Source: a virus
Virus record (IMG/VR): IMGVR_UViG_3300045738_002140
Span: 50,177-114,176 of that record
Length of the DNA: 64,000 bases
Reading direction: 5' to 3' (one strand)
Shown here piece after piece: positions 19,019-27,585 of this stretch. The notes beneath the pieces are model-generated. The model searched no databases. It saw only the letters and a list, made by a program, of their open reading frames with translations, and had not been told where the DNA came from. How positions within the stretch are numbered: the first letter of the stretch is position 1; each line of letters starts with the position of its first letter. The translations under genes and the position numbers were made by a program.

Positions 19019-19429
19019 ATGACTTCGCTTGACGCATCTAATAAGCTTTTTGAATGGTTCGCTGAAAACGATACCTTTTCCTTGGAGCGAGACTTTGGCG
19101 GCGTTATGCCTGAGTTTAATGATAGGGAGGAGGGGGGCGCCATACTCACCTGTGCCCTAAGAGATCTTGAAGCAATAGATTTTATACAAAATTGTGGTGA
19201 CTTTTGGGTTTTGAAGAAACCCTTTGTCTCGTTTTCTCAAAACGTAGAGCTACAGCCTCAGGTCTGCTTGGGTATCTCTCAGGTCATCAATGGGTTTTGC
19301 GGTATTATAGGCGACGAATCGGACGCCTGCGACCCTTCTAGGGTACAGCCCAAGGACATATCAAACATGCTGACTATATGCGGTTATCTCATGCAGCAGA
19401 ACGCTCAAGAAAGTGATAAGGAAGAATGA
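19019..19429 (+). CDS. hypothetical protein
   Basis: ORF, ATGA-coupled to next gene; start placed 7 nt after -10. Confidence 0.65.
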   Translation: MTSLDASNKLFEWFAENDTFSLERDFGGVMPEFNDREEGGAILTCALRDLEAIDFIQNCGDFWVLKKPFVSFSQNVELQPQVCLGISQVINGFCGIIGDESDACDPSRVQPKDISNMLTICGYLMQQNAQESDKEE

Positions 19430-20289
19430 ATATAGGAATCGTAGGGAATGGGTTTGTGGGGAAAGCTACCGCCCTGCTCGGGTGCAGGGATGAGCGCGGT
19501 ACTTATCGTTCTGAAGATAATGTCATAATGACTTACGACAAGGACCCAGACAAGAGGGTGCCTAGGGAAGTGGAGCTTCATCATCTTAAGGATTGTGGCG
19601 TGGTGTTCGTATGCGTTCCAACGCCCATGAATAAAGATGGGTCATGTTACACGGGTATCGTTGAGGAAGTCATCGAAGAGCTTCGGTCGAACGACGTCGA
19701 GGATATAGTCATAAGGTCAACTGTGCCTGTGGGGTTTTGTCGCGAGCAGGGCGTTAACTTTATGCCTGAGTTTTTAACTGAAGCTAGCTGGGGAGAGGAC
19801 TTTAAGTCGTGCAGGAACTGGGTGTTTGGTTTAGACGATCCAGACAATAAGGATTTGAAATTAAAATTAAGACAAATATTCTTAACTGCCAAGCATAATG
19901 GCAAAATTAACCATGCTAATTTTATGTTTTGCCCTAGCGAGGTGGCAGAGTTGAGCAAGTACGCTAGAAATTGTTTCTTGGCAACCAAGGTCTCTTTTTT
20001 TAATGAAATAGAAGAATTTTGTAGGGTTAAAAACATCTCGTACGAACAAGTAAGAGAGCTCGTAGGCATGGACGACAGGATTGGGACAAGTCACACCTCT
20101 GTTCCGGGCCCGGACGGAAAAAGGGGCTTCGGTGGAACCTGTTTCCCTAAAGATATAAGTTCTCTTTTTAACCAAATGGCAAGCTCTGGGATGGAAAGCT
20201 ATGTCGTCGAGGCTGCCTGTGCCAGAAATGTGCAGGTGGACAGAAAGGGTCAGGACTGGAAAAATAGCAAAGGAAGAGCCGTGGTTTGA
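19426..20289 (+). CDS. UDP-glucose/GDP-mannose dehydrogenase family, lacking C-terminal domain
   Basis: GIVGNGFVG, CVPTP, RSTVPVG, PEFL, GFGGTCFPKD. Confidence 0.9.
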   Translation: MNIGIVGNGFVGKATALLGCRDERGTYRSEDNVIMTYDKDPDKRVPREVELHHLKDCGVVFVCVPTPMNKDGSCYTGIVEEVIEELRSNDVEDIVIRSTVPVGFCREQGVNFMPEFLTEASWGEDFKSCRNWVFGLDDPDNKDLKLKLRQIFLTAKHNGKINHANFMFCPSEVAELSKYARNCFLATKVSFFNEIEEFCRVKNISYEQVRELVGMDDRIGTSHTSVPGPDGKRGFGGTCFPKDISSLFNQMASSGMESYVVEAACARNVQVDRKGQDWKNSKGRAVV

Positions 20290-20771
20290 ATATAATATTC
20301 GAAAAGACTTCCTTAAGCGCGGTTAAGCCAACAAAACAGCACCCACAAGACGCTGGCTATGATTTGTACAGCACACACAGGGTTGTTATCAATCCAATGG
20401 AAAGAGCAGTCGTCCCAACTGGAATAATCGCTCAAATTCCTGAAGGATATTATGGCAGGATTGCGCCAAGAAGCGGGTTGGCGATCAGGAATGGGGCGGG
20501 CATACTTGCCGGGGTAATCGACTCAGGCTATGCAGGGGAAATAGGCGTCGTCCTTGTGAACTTAAACCTGCCCGTGTCCCTGTTGAACCCAAGCAAAAAG
20601 ATCGCTGCTTTTGAAAACATGTTCGGACAAAAAGGAAAAATAGAAATAAATCCCGGCGACAGGGTAGCTCAAATAATTATTGAAAAATGTTATGATGTGA
20701 CATGGACAGAGTCAACAGAAACAAAACAGTCCGAAAGGGGAGAGGGAGGTTTTGGTAGCTCAGGAATTTGA
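20286..20771 (+). CDS. dut: trimeric dUTPase
   Basis: AGYDL, PRSGLA, GVIDSGYAG, RVAQ, RGEGGFGSSG. Confidence 0.97.
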   Translation: MNIIFEKTSLSAVKPTKQHPQDAGYDLYSTHRVVINPMERAVVPTGIIAQIPEGYYGRIAPRSGLAIRNGAGILAGVIDSGYAGEIGVVLVNLNLPVSLLNPSKKIAAFENMFGQKGKIEINPGDRVAQIIIEKCYDVTWTESTETKQSERGEGGFGSSGI

Positions 20772-20796
20772 CTTTCGTACATAAAGCAACTATAAT
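20768..20796 (+). promoter_or_regulatory. consensus sigma70 promoter driving a non-coding region
   Basis: TTGACT-17-TATAAT. Confidence 0.88.
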
Positions 20797-20800
20797 CAGA

Positions 20801-21152
20801 AAACGGTAAAGTCCGTTTAAGCTCGCTGAGAGAAAACAGTGGAGTTTCCCCTAGGTGAGACATAATTTGTCAGGGTGGCAGCAGGAGCCCCAACCCTAGG
20901 GAATACCTGCTAGGGAAATACACACCCATTAAAAAACTGATAGGTAGTTCCTATCGCAATGCCCCGGCGTGTTGTGGTAACTGCTGTAAGGAGTTTTCAA
21001 GCACAGTTTCTCCGCCTGTAAAAAGGTAGGTAGTTTCAGGTAAAACTGATCGTGTATGTCTGCTGAATGTCCCCTCAGCTTCAAAAAAACAGGGCTTAAA
21101 GAAGGCGAAAGACATGCTCAAAACCCTCTCTCGTAGGGGGTTTTGTCTTTTC
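20801..21152 (+). ncRNA. candidate ~350-nt structured ncRNA
   Basis: No ORF >=60 aa; promoter at 5' end, hairpin AAAACCCTCT/AGGGGGTTTT plus U-rich tail at 3' end; nested helices and a pseudoknot (see findings). Confidence 0.65.
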
Positions 21153-21214
21153 TCCTTAAGAAAGGCGTCAACATACTTTTGAAAAAATTATTATAAATTG
21201 ATATATTTTACTAG

Positions 21215-21568
21215 ATGGATATCGATTATGATGTTGTTCTTGCTAATTCTTTTATAAGCTGTGCTGTGTTACTGGTCTGGTTTAAGACTGAGGCTGTGCT
21301 AGAATACGCAAAGCTATTCGGCTTGGGTAAGATTTTCTACGAAAAAGAATATGAAAAATTTGCAAAGACTAATATGTTTCTTGGGTACCACGATTTTCTT
21401 TTAAAAAAACATAACTGTTTTGTAATGAGGCTTATCACTTGCCCTGTTTGTCTTACGGTTTGGATGAGCGTTTTTTTTGCTTTATTTTTTGGTTTTTATT
21501 ACTTGTGTCCTAATATTATTATTAGTTTGAGTATCTATTTTTTTGTGTTAAAATTAATGAAGGATTAA
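21215..21568 (+). CDS. membrane protein with CPxC (DUF1360-like)
   Basis: LITCPVCLTVW plus TM helices. Confidence 0.6.
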   Translation: MDIDYDVVLANSFISCAVLLVWFKTEAVLEYAKLFGLGKIFYEKEYEKFAKTNMFLGYHDFLLKKHNCFVMRLITCPVCLTVWMSVFFALFFGFYYLCPNIIISLSIYFFVLKLMKD

Positions 21569-21571
21569 GTT

Positions 21572-21847
21572 ATGGTAATTGATAGTTTTGGAAGATTTTT
21601 TGTTGAGTTAGAGTCTATAGGTAAATTGTCTGAATATAACGAGATGCTTTCCCATTGGAGAAACATGGTTACAGGCCTACGGGGAGGGTGCGGCTGCGAC
21701 AGAAGCAAAAGGGTAGAAGGTGTAGAGATTATGTATAAAAATATGTGCGAAATACTTTCAGACGAAGACAAGAAGGAAATAAAAGAGAAGCTTCAAGTAG
21801 ACAAAATAGAACTAAGCCACGATGAACAGATCTTTTGCTCCTTCTAA
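21572..21847 (+). CDS. hypothetical protein (GCGC motif)
   Basis: ORF in operon. Confidence 0.6.
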   Translation: MVIDSFGRFFVELESIGKLSEYNEMLSHWRNMVTGLRGGCGCDRSKRVEGVEIMYKNMCEILSDEDKKEIKEKLQVDKIELSHDEQIFCSF

Positions 21848-22034
21848 CAGGGCCCACCCCTTCAACAGCTTCACGAAGAAAATGGTTGGTAAGACCGTGC
21901 TCGTAAGCAGGGGCGACAGAGAATATCCCGCCGAAGTCTTGGGCACAAAAAACGAAAATGAGTTGATAATTCGACGGTTCGGCCCCAATTCCCACGAAGA
22001 ATGTGTAAATTTGTTTGATATTCGCTCCCTCTGA
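21822..22034 (+). CDS. hypothetical protein
   Basis: ORF in operon. Confidence 0.55.
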   Translation: MNRSFAPSNRAHPFNSFTKKMVGKTVLVSRGDREYPAEVLGTKNENELIIRRFGPNSHEECVNLFDIRSL

Positions 22035-22132
22035 TCAAAAAAAATGGAGTTCTTTTCTTTTTCTCACTATAATAAGTTAGTGTAACGACCTTCAGTATAG
22101 GTTAAAATGACGCATTAACTATAAAGTATATT

Positions 22133-23068
22133 ATGAAAATTCTATCTACCTTAATCCTCGGTCTCACCCTTGCGATATCTTCGCTTGGAGCAGAGAAGAA
22201 GCAAACCACAGCAGAGCATCTACAGAATGTTTCCGTTACAATACGATCCGAGTCAGGCTTTATGGCCGGAGAAGGGTCGGGGGTGATTTTTACCAGAAAA
22301 GATTCGAAAGGAAACCTAGTAAATTTTGTATGGACCGCCGCTCACGTAGTGGACAACATGCGCCTTACTAAGCGCATACTCGTCGATGGCACATATAAAA
22401 CCATTGTACATTTTAGAGACCCTGTAATTATCAAGGAAATCCGTCAAGACGGCAGAACGGTTGGTCGCTTACAAATGGATGCGGAAGTGTTAAAGTATTC
22501 AGAAAGCGAAGACGGACATGACCTTGCGCTGCTTCGCATTCGTAAGCTGAACTTCGTAACGGATAGCGTCGTATTCTATCTTGACAAAGAGATCCCTCCC
22601 CTAGGAACAGACTTACTTCACGTTGGTTCTCTATTAGGTCAATTTGGGGCGAACTCTATGACATCAGGAATAATGTCTCAACACGGCAGGATCCTTAAAG
22701 ACCTCAATAAGCACATATTCGACCAGACTACCTGTACGGCGTTTCCGGGGTCTAGTGGAGGTGGTGTGTATTTAAAATCTGACGCCAGATATGTAGGGAT
22801 GTTGGTTCGTGGAGCAGGAGAAGGGTTTAATTTAATCGTACCTGTGAGGCGCATGGTCGAGTACTGCCAAGAGAACAAAATCATGTGGGCCCTAGATAAA
22901 AATGTGCCAATGCCCACAGAAGCCGAACTCAAGAAAATGCCCATAGAAAATGCCCCTAAGGAAAAAGAAGAAACTAAAGAGGCAAAAAAGGAAACAACTA
23001 AAAAGATGTTCCCGTTCATGTTGCGTGTAACCTACCCTAGAGTATTTATTATTAAGGAAAAAAAATAA
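22133..23068 (+). CDS. secreted trypsin-like serine protease
   Basis: Signal peptide; TAAHVV, HDLALL, PGSSGGG triad. Confidence 0.92.
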   Translation: MKILSTLILGLTLAISSLGAEKKQTTAEHLQNVSVTIRSESGFMAGEGSGVIFTRKDSKGNLVNFVWTAAHVVDNMRLTKRILVDGTYKTIVHFRDPVIIKEIRQDGRTVGRLQMDAEVLKYSESEDGHDLALLRIRKLNFVTDSVVFYLDKEIPPLGTDLLHVGSLLGQFGANSMTSGIMSQHGRILKDLNKHIFDQTTCTAFPGSSGGGVYLKSDARYVGMLVRGAGEGFNLIVPVRRMVEYCQENKIMWALDKNVPMPTEAELKKMPIENAPKEKEETKEAKKETTKKMFPFMLRVTYPRVFIIKEKK

Positions 23069-23217
23069 TGAAGAAAATGATTTTTACAATTACCGCGCTA
23101 TTTGCAATCGGCTGTAACTGGAACAATTCCGGATGCCCTGACTGCTCGTGTGATTCGAGCTGTTGTTCATCCGACACCTGTTCGGTTGCTGATTGCTCTT
23201 GCGCGTGCAAAGATTAA
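23068..23217 (+). CDS. 49-aa Cys-rich metallothionein-like lipopeptide (not in ORF track)
   Basis: MKKMIFTITALFAIG-CNWNNSGCPDCSCDSSCCSSDTCSVADCSCACKD; TAATG coupling to protease. Confidence 0.78.
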   Translation: MKKMIFTITALFAIGCNWNNSGCPDCSCDSSCCSSDTCSVADCSCACKD

Positions 23218-23264
23218 AGCCAAGGGGATATATGAGACAGGTCCAAGGGTGGAGACCGACAGTG

Positions 23265-23300
23265 AAGCGTAGCTGGTTGCGGCCAGCTACGTTTTTTTTT
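23265..23300 (+). terminator. intrinsic terminator between convergent units
   Basis: CGTAGCTGG-TTGCGG-CCAGCTACG followed by T9. Confidence 0.9.
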
Positions 23301-23859
23301 AATAAATAACCAAAGACTTAATCTCTTTTATCTCAAGCACCCCATACCACGACTCCGCCCTGTTATCTCCTATTATCCAAACGCTGCCATTAGGAATGGT
23401 TTTCTTTACTTGATTCACCAAGCTAACAACAGGTTTGCCTTTGTCAGGGCCATTCCAATATATAAGGTTCTTGTCGTTGTCGTCGACCAAGAAAAACGAT
23501 ATCAGTCCGCGCCCGTACGGGTCCTTAAATAATTTATCATTTAAATAAATTTCCCCTTCTTTTATTTCTACGGTTTCCCCCGGTAAACCTATAACCCTTT
23601 TAGTGAGTAGATCTCCTGCCTCCTTGTCCTTTATTAATACTAGGTCTAACCTGTCAGGCGTCCACCCTTTTCCTAGAGTCGATCTATTTTGCACAACCAG
23701 CCATTCATTATCATAGATAGTAGGCTCCATGCTAATTCCTGACATATATATAAATTGATATTTATACCCGAACAGGGCAAGCCATGACAGCAGAATGAAG
23801 ATCACAAGGATACAGAAGTCCCTTATTCTTTTTGAAATTTTTTTCTTTAAAATATTCAC
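23299..23859 (-). CDS. lepB: signal peptidase I (S26)
   Basis: TM, GISMEPT, KRVIGLPGE, GDNR. Confidence 0.93.
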   Translation of the reverse strand: MNILKKKISKRIRDFCILVIFILLSWLALFGYKYQFIYMSGISMEPTIYDNEWLVVQNRSTLGKGWTPDRLDLVLIKDKEAGDLLTKRVIGLPGETVEIKEGEIYLNDKLFKDPYGRGLISFFLVDDNDKNLIYWNGPDKGKPVVSLVNQVKKTIPNGSVWIIGDNRAESWYGVLEIKEIKSLVIY

Positions 23860-23862
23860 AAC

Positions 23863-24543
23863 CTACCACACTCGGGTTTTGTATTCAATTATTATACCCA
23901 TTGTGCTACTCAAATTATAAACAGAATGGTTATATCTATAAGGCACGAACACCACGTCCCCAGACTCTTGAGTACATTCAATGGTTTGTATTGTCTTTTT
24001 TAAATTAAGGTACTCCGCCTCATACCACTGAGGCCACAGAGAGCCCTTTGCGTATTCGTCGTAATATAAAAGCTCCAAGCGCGCACCCACAATAGTCGAA
24101 GAATCAAAAAGTATCCACTTCTTTTTCCCATAAACCATAAAATTTAAAGCGTCTCCATGAGAATGAGGCAGCGCGCCAGTCCCTGCATCACCAGAAAAGA
24201 ATATATGACCACCAACATCCCCTTCATCAAAGAATACATTAGGAAACGTAAAGTCGCTTAAAAAATCCCCACGCTCTACCACTCCCTGTCTTGTAAAGGT
24301 ATACTCTTTTTTGTCATATAGATTGTTAAAAAAGTTTTCATAAGTTGCACGCTTAGAAGAATAAACAGGCCGAGCGTCATCGCTATAAGAACAAATACTT
24401 TTTCCCCATTTTTTAATGATATATTCTTTGTCCCATTTTTTTAAGTTTTTAAATTCGCTTGTGCCGTTTTTTATTAGAGTTGGTATCCTTCGCCGCCTAA
24501 GATCAGCAAGGGACTCCCTTGTTATATCAGTTACTGTATTCAT
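23863..24543 (-). CDS. JmjC/cupin-8 2OG-Fe(II) oxygenase, JMJD8-like HxH...H ligands
   Basis: GTGALPHSHG, VYGKKKWILF, QESGDVVFVP..YNHSVYN. Confidence 0.85.
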   Translation of the reverse strand: MNTVTDITRESLADLRRRRIPTLIKNGTSEFKNLKKWDKEYIIKKWGKSICSYSDDARPVYSSKRATYENFFNNLYDKKEYTFTRQGVVERGDFLSDFTFPNVFFDEGDVGGHIFFSGDAGTGALPHSHGDALNFMVYGKKKWILFDSSTIVGARLELLYYDEYAKGSLWPQWYEAEYLNLKKTIQTIECTQESGDVVFVPYRYNHSVYNLSSTMGIIIEYKTRVW

Positions 24544-24623
24544 CTAGGTTAAAATAATTATCGACATATAACTAAAAAAAGTCTAGAAATTCTCACAGCG
24601 TCCTTCTACTATTAAGAAGACAG

Positions 24624-25955
24624 ATGGATAAGATTTTTATACAAATAGCCAGCTACAGAGACCCCGAGTTAGTGCCCACCATAAAGGACTGTCTTGATAA
24701 CGCATCAGACCCAGAGGCCCTAGTGTTTGGAATATGCAGGCAATTTCATGAAGACGACGGATTCGATAGCCTTGAAGAATACAAAGATGATCCGAGATTT
24801 AGGATAAAAGATATACCCCATAACGAAACGAAAGGAACCTGTTGGGCCAGAAACCAAATACAACAGCTGTATGAAGGAGAAAAATATACCCTACAGCTTG
24901 ACTCCCACCACAGATTCACAAAGGACTGGGACGATCAGCTTAAGAAAATGTTCCACGACCTAGTAGGCCTCGGTTACCAAAAACCCCTACTTACAGCATA
25001 CATATCCTCATATAACCCCAGAAAGGACCCAGAAGAACGGGTGCAAGAGCCTTGGCAAATGAATTTCGATAGGTTCATACCAGAAGGCGCGGTGTTTTTT
25101 ATGCCATCAACGATAGAGAACTGGGAGAAGCTAAAATACCCAGTACCCGCTAGGTTCTATTCCGCTCATTTTTGTTTTACTTGGGGAAAATTCTGCGAAG
25201 AGGTCCAGCATGATCCAGAATATTATTTCCACGGGGAGGAGATAAGCATCGCGGCAAGAGCTTACACCCATGGGTACGACATGTTCCACCCGCATAAGGT
25301 TGTAATATGGCACGAATACACAAGGAAAGGGAGGACGAAACAATGGGACGACGATTCAGATTGGGGAAACAAGAACGCCTCGTCTCACCTAAGGAACAGA
25401 AAGCTATTTGGAATGGACGGGCTTAAGCGTGACATAGAATTCGGAAAATATGGATTCGGGAGCCAGAGGTCACTGCAGGATTATGAAATATACTCAGGAC
25501 TTCACTTCGCAAAGAGAGCCATTCAGCAATGGACCAAGGATGATAACTATCCGCCCAACCCAAATACATACAAGTCACAAGAAGAATGGGAGGAGTCATT
25601 TCTAAAAATATTTAAGCATTGCATAGACCTTGACAAAAACCAAGTACCAGAAAATGATTATGATTTCTGGGCCGTAGCCTTCCACGACAAAAAAGGCAAT
25701 ACGATAAACAGAAGAGATGTGGTTGCAGAAGAAATGCCACACCTCTACAACGACCCAGACGGATATATAAAGATTTTCAGAGAATTCGAAACGAATGAAC
25801 TCCCCTACGAATGGGTTGTTTGGCCGCACAGCAAGTCCAAAGAGTGGATGGATAGGCTTTCTGGAAGAATATTTCCAGAAGACACACACCAAGAAAATCC
25901 CGCCACGCCAGAAGGTCCGAGCGTAGTTGATGCGGTTGTTTTAAATGAAGAATGA
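24624..25955 (+). CDS. Gnt1-like (GT60) polypeptide/hydroxyproline GlcNAc transferase
   Basis: IFIQIASYRDPEL, QLDSHHRF..WD, FHGEEISIAARAYTHGYD, WHEY. Confidence 0.88.
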   Translation: MDKIFIQIASYRDPELVPTIKDCLDNASDPEALVFGICRQFHEDDGFDSLEEYKDDPRFRIKDIPHNETKGTCWARNQIQQLYEGEKYTLQLDSHHRFTKDWDDQLKKMFHDLVGLGYQKPLLTAYISSYNPRKDPEERVQEPWQMNFDRFIPEGAVFFMPSTIENWEKLKYPVPARFYSAHFCFTWGKFCEEVQHDPEYYFHGEEISIAARAYTHGYDMFHPHKVVIWHEYTRKGRTKQWDDDSDWGNKNASSHLRNRKLFGMDGLKRDIEFGKYGFGSQRSLQDYEIYSGLHFAKRAIQQWTKDDNYPPNPNTYKSQEEWEESFLKIFKHCIDLDKNQVPENDYDFWAVAFHDKKGNTINRRDVVAEEMPHLYNDPDGYIKIFREFETNELPYEWVVWPHSKSKEWMDRLSGRIFPEDTHQENPATPEGPSVVDAVVLNEE

Positions 25956-27585
25956 ATCAATCATATCCATATATGGCTCTCACAACGGTGGAGTTTCCGT
26001 TTACCACAACGGTGAGATTCATGTAATAGAATCTGAAAGATTTTATGGTATAAAAAATTGCGGCCTCTGCCAATACAAGACGCCCACCCAATACAAAATT
26101 GATTTTTCTTTTCAAGAGATATTAAGGTTCCTCAATAGACATTACAACATACCGCTAAAGTTTGGCAAGTGCCTACACCAAAGCACAGACTACGTCATAG
26201 GGGAAGAAAGATTTGAACTCACAGAGGGCATAGACTGCGAAGAGCGCACCCACTGCCTGCACCACGAAAGCCATGCAAACGGCTCATTTTACCAATCAGA
26301 CTTCCTAAAAGCCCTTGTTCTCTCATATGACGGCGGAGGCAACGACGGAACTTTCAACATCTACCTAGCCGACAGAAAGAAGGGCATTAAATTAATAAAA
26401 AATTACTTCATGGTTAACCTAGGTTTTCCCTATATGATATTTGGACATTACTTTAGCGACATTGCCCAAGAGATGCTGTCGCAAGGCAATCTAGTTTATT
26501 CCGGCAAGATCATGGGGTTAGAAGCGTATGGAAAAGTCGTAGAGAAATGGCTCCCGTTTTTTGAGGACTTTTATGATTGCCCTATGCACGCCGACTTTCA
26601 AAAAGTGGAAGAAGATTATTTTTATGTAAATAAACTCAACAAACTTTCAGAGCACACGGGTATAACGTTCGACGAGGCGGCCAGACTAGAAGGCGAAGAA
26701 GAATACAACACTGCAGCGACATCACAAAAGGCCTTTGAAAACGTTTTTATAAAATACGCAAGACCATTCATAGAAGAGCACCCCAAGCTACCCATTATAT
26801 TAACTGGCGGCTGCGCCCTCAACATATCCCTCAACTCGAGAATTAAAGAGGAGTTCAACAGACCCATGTTCATAGCCCCAAACAGCAACGACTCAGGGCT
26901 GTCGCTTGGCATGCTCCTCGGACACCTCAAGCCACAACAAGCCCCGGAGGTAACCTATTGCGGCCTCCCCTTACTGGACAGGGAGTCCCTACTCTCTGAC
27001 CTAGGTGAGCGCCTGCTAGGCAATTACGCAGAAGAGGACATAAACGATGTTTGTTTGGAAAGCTTAGCCGGGATGCTTAAGGCCGGTAAAATAATTGGTG
27101 TAGCGAGAGGAAATTCTGAGCATGGGCCCAGAGCACTAGGGAACAGGAGCATACTGTGCAATCCTTCTATAGAGGGAATGAAAGATACGCTTAACGAAAA
27201 AGTCAAACACAGAGAATGGTTTCGACCCTTTGCTCCAGTCGTGAGACTTGAAGATGTTAATAAATATTTTTTATTTAATGGAGAATCAAGACACATGACT
27301 TACTCATGTAAAGTAAAAAAAGCATGGAGAAAAAAATTGAAAGCGGTTACGCATATAGACAACACGGCGAGAATACAAACCGTAAAAAGAACAGAAAACC
27401 CTTGGCTCTACGATCTATTAACTTACTTTGATTCAGTTAATGACCATGGAGTTCTTCTCAACACGTCCCTTAATGTAAACGGTAAACCCATACTCTCGAC
27501 AATAAAAGATGCAGTGCAAATATTTGACGAGGGATTGGACGCATTAGTGATAGACGACCTCATCATATCAAAAAATGACAAGTAA
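25945..27585 (+). CDS. NodU/CmcH-family carbamoyltransferase
   Basis: HHESHA, DGGG, GKIMGL, GGCALN, EHGPRALGNRS, REWFRPFAP, LNTSLN. Confidence 0.95.
   Translation: MKNESIISIYGSHNGGVSVYHNGEIHVIESERFYGIKNCGLCQYKTPTQYKIDFSFQEILRFLNRHYNIPLKFGKCLHQSTDYVIGEERFELTEGIDCEERTHCLHHESHANGSFYQSDFLKALVLSYDGGGNDGTFNIYLADRKKGIKLIKNYFMVNLGFPYMIFGHYFSDIAQEMLSQGNLVYSGKIMGLEAYGKVVEKWLPFFEDFYDCPMHADFQKVEEDYFYVNKLNKLSEHTGITFDEAARLEGEEEYNTAATSQKAFENVFIKYARPFIEEHPKLPIILTGGCALNISLNSRIKEEFNRPMFIAPNSNDSGLSLGMLLGHLKPQQAPEVTYCGLPLLDRESLLSDLGERLLGNYAEEDINDVCLESLAGMLKAGKIIGVARGNSEHGPRALGNRSILCNPSIEGMKDTLNEKVKHREWFRPFAPVVRLEDVNKYFLFNGESRHMTYSCKVKKAWRKKLKAVTHIDNTARIQTVKRTENPWLYDLLTYFDSVNDHGVLLNTSLNVNGKPILSTIKDAVQIFDEGLDALVIDDLIISKNDK

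Noticed and set aside
20801-21100. RNase P RNA (AAAGTCC near the 5' end, AAAACAGGGCTTA near the 3' end) or SRP RNA (GTCAGG..GCAGC)
   Set aside because: No GAGGAAAGUCC, no room for P1-P3 after the promoter, and the P4 strands do not pair properly; the SRP GNRA-loop helix is absent
25945-27585. Carbamoyltransferase as a DNA 5hmC-modifying enzyme
   Set aside because: No dCMP hydroxymethylase or TET-like gene is nearby and the context is glycan enzymes; not excluded genome-wide
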